In this document: positions 36,006 to 48,857 of the stretch, one piece after another
Layout of the letters: every line of letters begins with the position of its first letter
How positions within the stretch are numbered: the first letter of the stretch is position 1
Origin: Paramoeba atlantica
Taxonomy: Eukaryota > Protista > Discosea
Length of the DNA: 64,000 bases
Direction: 5' to 3'
NCBI GenBank assembly: GCA_977017575.1
Contig: CDRNVI010000139.1
Location: forward strand, 248,001-312,000
Program-made: the position numbers and the translations under genes
Notes under the pieces: model-generated
Databases searched by the model: none
Told to the model about the DNA's origin: nothing
What the model saw: the letters and a program-made list of their open reading frames with translations, nothing else

Positions 36006-38312
36006 TCAAAGTGACTTCCACAATCCAATTGACTTTTTGTCAGAATCTGAAACAATAATTGTTCCAAATGAATCAATAACAACCCCAATAGGATTCTTCA
36101 TGTGATCTTCACCAAACGAAAAAAGAAATGTTCCATCTTTCTCAAACACACTCACTCTTCTATTTCCTCTATCACAAACAACAATTCTACCTTCCCCATC
36201 CACATCAAGACAGTCTGGAGAGTTCAATTGAGAATCACCTGAACCAAATGTTCCAAAACATCGAATAAAATTCCCTTCAATATCCATCACTTGAATCCGA
36301 TGATTCCCCAACTCAGAAATAACAATATTCCCATCTCTATCAACCACAACACCGCTTGGTCCATCAAATTGACCTTCAGAAGAACCTTTTGAACCAAAAG
36401 AATGAAGAAAAGATCCATCATTATCAAACACTTGAATTCGATGATTCAAAGTATCAACAACAATAATTCGACCTTCTTCATCTATATCCACACCACATGG
36501 GTCATTAAACTGACCATCTTCAGAACCTCTTGATCCAAATGATTTGATCAATTCTCCTTCTTTGTTTAATATTACAACTCTATGAGAATCTTGAGAATAA
36601 TCAAGAACAACAATTTGATCATTCAATCCAATTGAAACATCAACAGATTTCAATTGAAGTGAATCAATTGTTTTCTGAATTGTTGATTCAATCATCTCAT
36701 TTCCTTCTTTATCTCTCACTTTCAATCCACACTCATCTTCACAAATAAAAATATTCCCATCACTGTTCACACTCACTACATAAGGTCGATTCTTCAAAAG
36801 AAAAAAAGAAACTAAACGAAAAGAATCACCACCACCATCACAACAAATCACTCCTTTCTTTGGTTTCAGTAATCCAACAACACCTCCTTCAAAAACAATA
36901 TCATTTGCAGTTTGAAGAAGAGTTGAAAAAAGTTGATCATCAAAAAAGAGAGAAACATCACAATCAGTTGTTGTTGTTGTTGTTGTTGTTGGGGTGTTGG
37001 ATAAACGAATAATTGAATCTTTTCTGATTCTCAAATCTTCTTTCTCCAATTCTATTTCTTTCTTTTCAATTCTTTTCTTTTCTAATTTCTCTTCTAATTC
37101 TTTCATTTCTTTTTCAATCTTTTTTCTTTTCCCTTCAATCTCAATCAATCTTCTCTCCAATCTATCTCCAACCTTTACAACTTCATTCCTTTTCTCTAAA
37201 ATACTTTCTTCAATCGATTTCACTTTCTTTCTGTGATCATGAGTTTCAAGAACACAACAAAGACAAACAAAAGAAGAACATTGAAAACAATATCCACTAA
37301 TTGTTTCAGATGGGTGTTTTGAACATTCTCTCTTCTTCAAATTCTCCAATCCCACTCCCATCACCACCCCTCCCTCCTCCTCCAATCTTCTTCTTCCACC
37401 TCTTCCCTCAACACCATCTTTTTCACATCGTTTGTGATTTCGAGTGAAAATAGTTGAAGTGTGAGATGGATCACAAGAATCACAAATAAACATGTTACAA
37501 AGAGGACAAAACATTTGAGTTTGTTTTCCACACGTTTCGAAATTCGCACATTCTGATCCACCATCTCCTGTTTTTTCAAAAAAGTTATTTCAAAGTTAAA
37601 AAAACAGGAAAAGAAAAAAAAGAAAAAAAAAAAGAGGGAAGAGAGGAAAGAAAGTGAGAGTTCAAAAAAGGAGAAAAAAACCTGATTGATTGGAGAAAGA
37701 AATCAAATTTGAAGAAAGAAGAATATCAATTGTTTCTGGAATCAAATAATTTATCGAAAGTGTTTCAATACTTTCACATTCGTTCATTTCGCGACACACT
37801 GGACATTTCACTCCTTTCAAAGAAGAGGAGGAGGAAGAAGAAGAAGAGGGAGAAGGGGAAGAAGAAGAAGAAGAAGAAAAAGAAGAGGAAGAAGGATTTT
37901 GAAGAAGAAAGAGTTTGTGGAGACAAAGAGAACAAAAAGAAAGACCACAACAAGGTAACAACCTTGGTTCTTTTTCCCAACTCATCAATTCCAAACATAT
38001 TCCACATTCAAATCTTTTCTTTTTCTCTTCTTCTTCCTTTCTTCTTCTCATCATCTCTTCTTCTCTTTCTCTTTCTCTTTCTCCTTCATTTTCTCCCACT
38101 TGTTCTCTCTTTCCAAGAACATCCTCACTTCCTTTCTTCTTCTTTTCATCATTATCATTATCTTCAATCACATCAACATCATGATCACCAACAAGATCTG
38201 TTGTTTGATCTTCTTTCTCTTTCTTTCCTCTTTTGGTTTTTCTCTTTTTCTCAGTTTCTAATTCTGTTCCTTCTTCTCCTCCTCTCTTTCTCTTTCCTCT
38301 TCTTTCACTCAT
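36006..38312 (-). CDS. TRIM-NHL paralog K, apparently intact (~730 aa)
   Basis: Exon 1 38312-37682, intron 37681-37568, exon 2 37567-36006. Confidence 0.88.
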
Positions 38313-38521
38313 TTTGTTCTCTTCTCTGTGTGAGAAAAGGTTACAACAAAAAATAAGAAATAAAAAGGAAAAGGAAAGAAAAGTCAACCAAAAAACTATC
38401 ACACATAAAAGAGACTGCTCAGAGAAGAGAGAGAAGAGAAAGAGGTTCTACAAATGGGACAAAAGAAAAAAATAAAAAATGAAAAACACAAACATCATAA
38501 AAAAAAAAACAAAAAAAGGAA

Positions 38522-38600
38522 GGGTATGAAAAGAGGATTCAAAACTTTTTAAACCTCTGAAAAAAATATCACCAAAAACTTTTTCTTTTTCGTTTTTCCC
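38522..38600 (+). promoter_or_regulatory. Conserved divergent-spacer block, K/L
   Basis: Same block with a ~10-bp internal deletion and a CpG>TpG change. Confidence 0.5.
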
Positions 38601-39194
38601 TCTCTTCTCTCTTCTCTCTTCTCTCTTTTCTTTTTCCTCTTCTCTTCTCTCAATTCTTTCCCTCAATTTGTTTTCGTTTCTCCCCTTTATCTTCTCTCCT
38701 TCTCCTGTTTCGTTTTTTGGAAGGAGAGACCTCGTTTTGATCTCTTTCATTCCTTTTTTTTGGTTTCTGTGGGTTGTTGTTTTCGCTTGTGTGTGGTGGT
38801 GTGTTGGGTGGCGACACTTTTGGTTTCATTTTTATTTTTTCATTTTCATTTTTCATTTTTCATTTTCGTTTTTTCATCCGTTTCTTTCGATTTTTGTTTT
38901 GTGTGTGATGATTTTTTTGATTGTTTTTTTCGCTCCCTCACATTTCTTTTCTTTTTCTTTCAGAGAGATATCTTTCTCCCCCTCTCTCTCTTGTTTTTTT
39001 GTGTGTTTTTGACAATCACATTTTGATCCTCTCACACTCTCGCACTCTATCTCTTTTAAGTTCATTTTTGGGAAGGTGTTTTGTTTCTTTGTCTTGATCT
39101 TTGTTTCTTTTCTTTCCTTTGTTTTTATGTTGTTGATTCATTTCTTCTTTTTTTGTTGTTGATTAATCTCTTTTTCCTCACAGAGAGAGACAAA

Positions 39195-41465
39195 ATGAGT
39201 GAAAAAAGAGGAAAGAGAAAAAGAGGAGGAGAAGAGGGAACAGAATTAGAAAGTGAGAAAAAGAGAAAAACCAAAAGAGGAGAGAAAGAGAAAGAAGAGG
39301 GTGTTGATGTTGTTGTGATTGAAGAAGAAGAGGATGATAAAATAGAACAAAGAGAAAGAAGAAGTGAGGATGTTCTTGGAAAGAGAGAAGGACAAGTGGG
39401 ACAAAATGAAGGAGAAGGAGAGGAAGAAGGGGAAAGAGAAAGAGAAGAAGAGATGATGATGAAAAGAAGAAGAAAAGAAGAAGAAGAGAAAAAGAAAAGA
39501 TTTGAATGTGGAATATGTTTGGAATTGATGAGTTGGGAAAAAGAACCAAGGTTGTTACCTTGTTGTGGTCTTTCTTTTTGTACTCTTTGTCTCAACAAAC
39601 TCTTACTTCTTCAAAATCCTTCTTCTTCTTCTCCCTCATCTTCCTCTTCTTCTTCTTCTTCTTCTTCTTCATCCTCTTTGAAAGGAGTGAAATGTCCAGT
39701 TTGTAGAGAAATGAACGAATGTGAAAGCGTTGAAACACTTTCGATGAATTATTTGATTCCAGAAACGATTGATGTTCTTCTTTCTTCAAATTTGATTTCT
39801 TTTTCCCACCAACCAGGTTTTTTTTCTCCTTTCTTTTATTGTGAAAAAGTTATTTCAAAGTTGAAAAAACATGTTTTTTGAAAAAACAAAACAACAGGAG
39901 ATGGTGGATCAGAATGTGTGAATTTCGAAACGTGTGGAAAACAAACTCGAATGTATTGTTCTATTTGTAACATGTTTATTTGTGATTCTTGTGATCCATC
40001 TCACTCTTCTTCTATTTTCTCTCGAAATCACAAACGATGTGAAAGAGATGGTGTTGAGGGAAGAGGTGGAAGAAGAAGATCAGAAGAGAAGGGAGGGATG
40101 GTGATGGGAGTGGGATTGGAGAATTTGAAGAAGAGAGAATGTTCAAAACACCCATCTGAAACAATCAGTGGATATTGTTTTCAATGTTCTTCTTTTGTTT
40201 GTCTTCGTTGTGTTCTTGAAACACATGTTCAACACAATGAGAAAGTGAAATCGATTGAAGAAAGTATTTTAGAGAAAAGGAATGAAATTGTAAAGGTTGG
40301 AGATCGATTGGAGAAAAGATTGATTTGGATTGAAGAAGAAAGAAAAAGGATTGAAAAAGAAATGAAAGAATTAGAAGAGAAATTAGAAAAGAAAAGAATT
40401 GAAAAGAAAGAAATAGAATTGGAGAAAGAAGATTTGAGAATAAGAAAAGATTCAATTATTCGTTTATCCAACACACCAACAACAACAACAACAACAACAA
40501 CAACTGATTGTGATGTTTCTCTCTTTTTTGATGATCAACTTTTTTCAACTCTTCTTCAAACTGCAAATGATATTGTTTTTGAAGGAGGTGTTGTTGGATT
40601 ATTCTCAAAACCAAAGAAAGGAGTGATTTGTTGTGATGGTGGTAGTGATTCTTTTCGTTTTGTTTCTTCTTTTCCTTTGGAGAATAAACCTTATGGAGTG
40701 AGTGTGAACAGTGATGGGAATATTTTTATTTGTGAATGGGAGGATGGTGGATTGAAAGTGAGAGATAAAGAAGGAAATAAGATGATTGAATCAACAATTC
40801 AGAAAACAATTGATTCACTTCAGTTGGAACCTGTTGATGTTTCAATTGGATTGAATGATCAAATTGTTGTTCTTGATTGTTCTCAAGATTTTCGTCGAGT
40901 TGTAATATTAAACAAAGAAGGAGAATTGATCAAATCTTTTGGATCAAGAGGTTCTGAAGATGGTCAGTTTGCGTCCCCGTGTGGTGTGGATGTGGATGAA
41001 GAAGGTAGAATTATTGTTTGTGATACTTTGAATCATCGAATTCAAGTGTTTGATAATGATGGATCTTTTCTTCATTCTTTTGGTTCAGAAGGTTCTTCTG
41101 AAGGTCAATTTAATCGACCTTCTAGTGTTGGAGTTGATAGAGATGGGAATATTGTTATTTCTGATTCTTGGAATGATCGCATTCAAGTGTTTGATATTGA
41201 AGGGAATTTTATTCGATGTTTTGGAACAACGGGTGATTCTCAATTGGCCTCTCCAAAAGGTGTTGATGTGGATAGGGAAGGTAGAATTATTGTTTGTGAT
41301 CGAGGAAATGAAAGAGTGAGTGTGTTTGAGAAAGATGGAACATTTCTTTTTTCATTTGGTCAATCGCACATGAAGTATCCTCAAGGGATTGTTCTTGATT
41401 CATTTGGAACAATTGTTGTTGTAGATTATAAGAAAAAGTCAATTGAATTTTGGAAATCATTTTGA
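39195..41465 (+). CDS. TRIM-NHL paralog L, apparently intact (~729 aa)
   Basis: Exon 1 39195-39816, intron 39817-39897, exon 2 39898-41465. Confidence 0.88.
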
Positions 41466-41653
41466 AAGGATTGAGAGGTTTTTCTTTTCTTTTCTTTTTT
41501 AATTTGATTTTCTTGATTTTTATTTTTGTTATTTATTGAAAACAAGAAATTGATATTTTTTTCTTTTTTTTTTTCCCCTTTTCCCTTTTTTTTCTTTTTA
41601 GTCTGTGGAGTTCTTTTTCTTCCCAATTTTTCGCTTTGATTCTTCTCCTTCTT

Positions 41654-41937
41654 CCGCCTTTCGGCAGTCTTCTGACAGACCAAGAATACAGCGAGATTTG
41701 CGGAACTGGGGGAGAAACTCTTGATAAAGGGGATGGGGGAGCTGACAAAATGGAAATACTGAATATTCCTTATGACAAACAATGTTGATCCACACCTTTA
41801 ACATTCGCACCTTCACTGAACTTTCATTTAAATTGCAATGCAATCGTCACATTGCGATTGTTGTTGCAATGTCTCTTGAACACAAATAATAAATCATTCT
41901 TGTTTTTCCCAATTCAATTGGTCTCGAGGAATTAACG
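41654..41937 (+). mobile_element. ~280-bp foreign insertion related to the 77-bp element
   Basis: Contains ACTGAATATTCCTTATGACAAACAATGTTGATC and ends AATTCAATTGGTCTCGAGGAATTAACG exactly as 35779-35855; left boundary approximate, no TSD seen. Confidence 0.55.
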
Positions 41938-42044
41938 ATTTTCCTCTAAAAACAAGAATAAAAAGGAAACGAAAATAACAAAAATAACAAAAATAATGAC
42001 TTTTTTTTGAAAATCAAAAAAAAAAATAAAACAAAACCTTCTCT

Positions 42045-44282
42045 TCAAAAAGATTTCCAAAATTTAATTGACTTTTTCTCATAATCTGAAATAATAATTG
42101 TTCCAAATGAATCAATAACAATCCCTTGAGGATATTTCATGTGATGTTTACCAAATGAAAAAAGAAATGTTCCATCTTTCTCAAACACACTCACTCTTTC
42201 ATTTTCTTTATCACAAACAACAATTCTACCTTCCCCATCCACATCAACACCTCTTGGATAATCGAATTGAGAAACACCTGAACCTCTTGATCCAAAACAT
42301 CGAATAAAATTCCCTTCAATATCCATCACTTGAATTCGATGATTTTTACAATCAGAAATAACAATATTCCCATCTCTATCAACTCCAACACTGTTTGGTT
42401 GATCAAAATGACCTTCAGAAGAACCTTTTAAACCAAAAGAACGACGAAAAGATCCATCATTATCAAACACTTCAATTCGATGATTCAAAGTATCAACAAC
42501 AATAATTCTACCTTCTTCATCCACATCCACACCACACGGACTCTTAAACTGACCATCTTCAGAACCTTTTGATCCAAAAGATTTGATCAATTCTCCTTCT
42601 TTGTTTAAGATTACAACTCGAAAAGAATCTTGAGACCAATCAAGAACAACAATTTGATCATTCAATCCAATTGAAACATCAACAGGTTCCAAATAAAGTG
42701 AATCAATTGTTTTCTGAATTGTTGATTCAATCATCTCATTTCCTTCTTTATCTCTCACTTTCAATCCATCCTCTTTACAAATAAAAATATTCCCATCACT
42801 GTTCACACTCACTCCTAAAGGTTGATTCTGCAAAGGAAAAGAAGAAACTAAACGAAAAGAATCACCACCACTAACACCTCCTTCAGAAACAATATCATTT
42901 GCAGTTTGAAGAAGAGTTGAAAAAAGTTGATCATCAAAAAAGGGAGAAACATCACAATCAGTTGTTGTTGTTGTTGTTGTTGTTGTTGGGGTGTTGGATA
43001 AACGAATAATTGAATCTTTTCTGATTCTCAAATCTTCTTTCTCCAATTCTATTTCTTTCTTTTCAATTCTTTTCTTTTCTAATTTCTCTTCTAATTCTTT
43101 CATTTCTTTTTCAATCCTTTTTCTTTTCTTTTCAATCAAAACCAATCTTTTCTCCAATTTATCTCCAACCTTTACAACTTCATTCCTTTTCTCTAAAATA
43201 CTTTCTTCAATTGATTTCACTTTCTCATTGTGTTGAACATGAGTTTCAAGAATACAACGAAGACAAACAAAAGAAGAACATTGAAAACAATATCCACTGA
43301 TTGTTTCAGATGGGTGTTTTGAACATTCTCTCTTCTTCAAATTCTCCAATCCCATCACTCCCACCACCCCTCCCTCCTCTTCCAATCTTCTTCTTCCACC
43401 TCCCCCAATACCATCTCTTTCACATCGTTTGTGATTTCGAGAGAAAATAGTTGAAGTGTGAGATGGATCACAAGAATCACAAATAAACATGTTGCAAAGA
43501 GGGCAAAACATTCGAGTTTGTTCTCCACATGTTTCGAAATTCGCACATTCTGATTCATCTCCTGTTGTTTTGTTTTTTCAACTTTGAAATCACTTTCTCT
43601 CAAAAAAAGAAAGAAAAAAAAGTGAGAGTTCAAAAAAAGAAAGAAAGAAAGAAAACCTGGTTGGTGGGAGAAAGAGATCAAATTTGAAGAAAGAAGAACA
43701 TCAATTGTTTCTGGAATCAAATAATTCATCGAAAGTGTTTCAACACTTTCACATTCGTTCATTTCTCTACAAACTGGACATTTCACTCCTTTCAAAGAAG
43801 AAATGGGAGAGGGAGAAGGGGAAGAAGGAGAAGAAGAGGAAGAAGAATAAGAAGGATTTTGAAGAAGAAAGAGTTTGTTAAGACAAAGAGAACAAAAAGA
43901 AAGACCACAACAAGGTAACAACCTTGGTTCTTTTTCCCAACTCATCAATTCCAAACATATTCCACATTCAAATCTTTTCTTTTTCTCTTCTTCTTCCTTT
44001 CTTCTTCTTTTCATCATCTCTTCTTCTCTTTCTCTTTCTCTTTCTTCCTTCTCTTTCTCCTTCATTTTGTCCCACTTGTTGTTCTCTCTTTCCAAGAACA
44101 TCTTCATTTCTTCTTTCTCTTTGTTCTTTTTCACCAACATTGTCATCTTCAATTCCAACAACAACATCAACATCATCTTCTTTGTCTTTCTTTCCTCTTT
44201 TGGTTTTTCTCTTTTTCTCAGTTTCTAATTCTGTTCCTTGTTTTTCTCCTCCTCTTTTTCTCTTTCCTCTTTTTTCACTCAT
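42045..44282 (-). CDS. TRIM-NHL paralog M, one +1 indel in a purine run of exon 1 (real or assembly error)
   Basis: Exon 1 44282-43657 is 1 nt too long (shift at ~44050); intron 43656-43562; exon 2 43561-42045 open, with an in-frame deletion before blade 1. Confidence 0.75.
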
Positions 44283-45024
44283 TTTGTTTCTCTCTCTGTG
44301 GGGTAAAGAAATCAATCAACAAAAAAAGAAAGAAAAGAAAAGAAAAAAACAAACATTCTCTTCACCAAAGTTGAGAAAACAAAGATCAAAGACAAAGAAC
44401 AAACAAAAACACCTTCCCAAAAGAATGAACTCAAAAGAGATAGAGTGCGAGAGTGTGAGAGAAGAGGATCAACAATCAAGAAAATCGAGATGTCCCCCAC
44501 AAAGCCACAAAGACACAAGAGAGAGAGAGAGAGAGAAAAAGGTTTCTGACACTTTTTCAATAAATTGAGATAAAAAAAAGAATAAAGAAGAAAAATGAAA
44601 ATACAAACATCTCTCTCAGGGAAAGGATTTTTTGTTTTCAAAGAAAGAAAGAGAAGAGAAAAGAGTCCTCTCCCCCAAAAACAAAAAAGAAAACACCGAT
44701 TCTTAGAGAATGTCCTCCAAAGAGAGAGAGAAAGAAAGAGGTCTGACAATTTTTTTTTTCAAAAATGGAGCAAAAAAAAGAGAAAAAAGAAAATAAAAAA
44801 TACAAACCACTCCCTCAAAAAGTCAAGAAAGGATTCTTTGGCAAAGGAAGAAAAAGAAAGAGAAAAATCCAAACAAAAATATGAGAGAACGAGATCCCAA
44901 AAAACCTCAAAAAGAAGAAGAAAGACAAAACAACACAACCCCAAAAAGAGAGGCACAAGAAACGAAATGAGAGAGAAGAGAGAAGAGAGAGAAGAGAGAG
45001 AAGAGAGAAGAGAGAGAGAAGAGA

Positions 45025-45114
45025 GGGAAAAACGAAAAAGAAAAAGTTTTTGGTGTGTTTTTGGTGATATTTTTTTCAGAGGTTTAAAAAGTTTTGAATC
45101 CTCTTTTCATACCC
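45025..45114 (-). promoter_or_regulatory. Conserved divergent-spacer block, M/N
   Basis: Reverse complement, with the same CpG>TpG change as the K/L block. Confidence 0.5.
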
Positions 45115-45448
45115 TTCCTTTTTTTCTCTTTTTTTCTTTGTCTCTCTTGTTCTTTTCTGTTTTTTTCTTTTGTTCGCTTTTCTTTCTTCCACAGTGCTTG
45201 TTTTTGTCTCTCTTGTTCTTTCTTTCTTTGTCTCTTTTTTCCTTTTGTTCGCTTTTCTTTCTTCCCCAGTGCTTGTTTTTGTTTCTCTCTGTGTCTTTTT
45301 CCTTTCCCTCCTTGAGTTGTTTGTATTTCCAAAATATTCTTTAAAATTCCTTTCATCTCTTAAGATCTTTCTGCAGCTCTGAGCGCTCCCTCTTTCAGAA
45401 AAAAGTTCATTTGTTTTCAAATTGTTTTGATTTTAGAGCCAAAAGATA

Positions 45449-46594
45449 ATGAGTGGACAACAAGGAAAGAGAAAGAGAGAAGTGGTGAGAACTGAAAGTG
45501 AGGAGGAGAAACGAATTTCAAAAAGAGGGAAGAAAGAACAACTTGATGATGGTCTAGAACAGAGAGAAAAAAGAAGTGAGGATGTCTCTTTCTCCAATGA
45601 ATCAGGTTTTTTTTAGAAAAGAAAAGAGTTGAAAGAAAACAACTGATTCTGATCTTCCTCTTTTTTTTTTGATGATCAACTTTTTTCAACTCTTCTTCAA
45701 ACTGCAAATGATATTGTTTCTGAAGGAGGTGTTGTTGGATTACTCAAACCAAAGAAAGGAGTGATTTGTTGTGATGGTGGTGGTGATTCATCTCGTTTCG
45801 TTTCTTCTTTTCCTTTGAAGCAAGAAGTTTTAGGAGTGAGTGTGAACAGTGATGGGAATATTTTTGTTTGTGAAGGACCGCGTGGATTGAAAGTGAGAGA
45901 TAAAGAAGGAAATGAGATTAAATCATTTCAGAAAACAATTGACTCTCTTCAGTTGGAACCTGTTGATGTTTCAATTGGATTGAATGATCAAATTGTTGTT
46001 CTTGATCATTCTCAAGATTCTTTTCGAGTTGTAATGTTAAACAAAGAAGGAGAATCGATCAAATCTTTTGGATCAAAAGGTTCTGAAGATGGTCAGTTTA
46101 ATGGACCGTGTGGGGTGGATGTGGATGAAGAAGGTAGAATTATTGTTGCTGATACCGAAAATAATCGAATTGAAGTGTTTGATAATGATGGATCTTTTCT
46201 TCATTCTTTTGGTTCAAAAGGTTCTTCTGAAGGTCAATTTGACCAACCAAACAGCGTCGGAGTTGATAGAGATGGGAATATTGTTATTTGTGATAGTTGG
46301 AATCATCGGATTCAAGTGATGGATATTGAAGGGAATTTTATTCGATGCTTTGGAACAAGAGGTTCAGGTGTTTCTCAATTAAAGTCTCCAAAAAGTGTTG
46401 ATGTGGATGGGGAAGGTAGAATTGTTGTTTGTGATTCAGGAAATGGAAGAGTGAGTGTGTTTGAGAAAGATGGAACATTTCTTTTTTCATTTGGTAAACG
46501 CCACTTGAAAGGACCTTTTGGGGTTGTTATTGATTCATTTGGATCGATTCTTGTTTCAGATTGGCGGAAAAAGTCAATTGAATTGTGGAAATAA
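45449..46594 (+). pseudogene. TRIM-NHL paralog N, RING and B-box/CC deleted, NHL propeller ORF intact
   Basis: MSGQQGKRK start with early stop; EDV joined to SFSNES; intron remnant joined to the FFDDQLFST region; 45761-46594 open over six blades. Confidence 0.8.
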
Positions 46595-47056
46595 TTTTTC
46601 AGAGAGGTTTGTTTTTTCATTTTCTTTTCTCTTTTCTGATTTTCTTTTGTTTTTTTTGTCATTTTTATCTTTATTTCTTATTTTGTTTTTTTTTTTCTGA
46701 TTTTGGAAAATGAAAGAAGAATCTAATTTTTGCTCTCTCCATCCTCCCCTCCCCTCTCTCCCTTCTTTTTTATTTTAGTCTCTGTGGTCTCAATCATCTT
46801 CTTCAATTTCGATCTTCACACTTTCCTTCATTTCTCAGTTCTGGGACAATCTTCTCATTTTTGTTGTGTCTCTCATTTCACAGAACCAAGATATTAAAAA
46901 AAAATATTTTAGTTTTGTTGTCTTGCAAATATATATTTTGTTTTTTGTCTTTTGTCGATTTTTGTTGGGGTTTCCCTGGGAGACGAGTTCAAAAGAGATA
47001 GAATAAGAAATGAAAACAAGACCGAAAGAGCACCTCCCCTGGATTGGAAGAAACCA

Positions 47057-48826
47057 TTATTTCCACCATTCAATGACTTTTTTCTCCTTGTCAACAACAA
47101 TAATGGACCCAAAAGAATCAACAACAATCCCACGAGGTCTTTTCATGTGATGTTTACCAAATGAAAAAAGAAATGTTCCATCTTTCTCAAACACACTCAC
47201 TCTTTCATTTTTCCATTCAGAAACAACAATTCTACCTTTCCCATCCACAGCAACACTTCTTGGACACTCCAATTGAGAATCACCTGAACCTCTTGTTCCA
47301 AAACATCGAATAAAATTCCCTTCAATATCCATCACTTGAATCCGATGATTCCAATAATCACAAATAACAATATTCCCATCCCCATCAACTGTAACAGCAT
47401 AAGGTTTGTTAAACCGACCTTCAGAAGAACCTTTCGAACCAAAAGAACGAAGAAAAGATCCATCATTATCAAACACTTGAATTCGATGATTGAAAGTATC
47501 TGCAACAATAATTCGACCTTCTTCATCTACCCCAACTCCCCATGGTCCACTAAATTGACCATCTTTAGAACCTCTTGATCCAAAAGATTTGATCAATTCT
47601 CCTTCTTTGTTCAATATTACAACTCTCCTCGATTTTGACCAATCAAGAACAACAATTTGATCATTCAATCCAATTGAAACATTAATAGGTTCCAATTGAA
47701 GTGAATCAATTGTTTTCTGAATTGTTTCAATTGTGTTCCCTTCTTTATCTCTCACTCTCAATCCATCATTTTCACAAAGAAAAAAAAACCCATCTCTGTT
47801 CACACTCACTCCAAAAGGTTCATCCTTCAAAGGAAAAGAAGAAATAAAACGAATCGAATCACCACCACCATCACAACAAATCACTCCTTTCTTTGGTTTT
47901 GGGAATAATCCAACAACACCTCCTTCAGAAACAATATCATTTGCAGTTTGAAGAAGAATCGAATCGAAAAAAGTTGATCATCAAAAAAAAGAGAAGGATT
48001 AGTTGTTGTTGGGGTGTTGGATAAACGAATAATTGAATCTTTTCTGATTCTCAAATCTTCTTTCTCTAATTCTATTTCTTTCTTTTCAATTCTTTTCTTT
48101 TCTAATTTCTCTTCTAATTCTTTCATTTCTTTTTCAATCCTTTTTCTTTTCTCTTCAATCTCAATCAATCTTCCGTCCAATCTATCTCCAATCTTTACAA
48201 CTTTATCCCTTTTCTTCAATACACTCTCTTCAATCGATTTCACTTTCACTTTGTGTTTAACATGAGTTTCAAGAATACAACGAATACAAACAAAAAGAGA
48301 ACATTGAAAACAATATCCACTGATTGTTTCAGATGGGTGTTTTGGACATTCTTTCATCAACTCATTCCATCTCTCATCACTCCCATCTCTCCCATCAGTC
48401 CTTGAAAAGTTGATCTTGGTTCGTTGTTCACGTTTGTGATTTCGAGTGAAAATAGAAGAAGTGTGAGACGGATCACAGGAATCACAGATAAACATATTAC
48501 AACTGGGGCAGAACATTTCAGTTCGTTCTCCACACGTTTCAAAATTCGCACATTCTGATTCATCTCCTGTTTTTTTATGTTTTTCAATCAAAACTGAATT
48601 TGAGAAAAGAAGAAAAAAGGGGAAAATGAAAAAAAAAAAGGAACCTGGTTGGGATAAAGAGATCAAATTTGAAGAAAGAAGAACATCAATCGTTTCCGGA
48701 ATTAAGTAATTCATCACAAATATCTCAATGCTTTCACATTCGTTCACTTGACTGCAAACTGGACATTTCACTCCTTTCAAAGAGGATGAAGAAGATGAAG
48801 AGGAAGAGGGAGAGGGAGAAGGGGAA

Positions 48827-48857
<31 letters not shown>

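Noticed and set aside
45165-45295. Two ~50-bp direct repeats (TTTGTTCGCTTTTCTTTCTTCC.CAGTGCTTGTTTTTG)
   Set aside because: This is an ordinary local tandem duplication in the M/N spacer, with no sign of function
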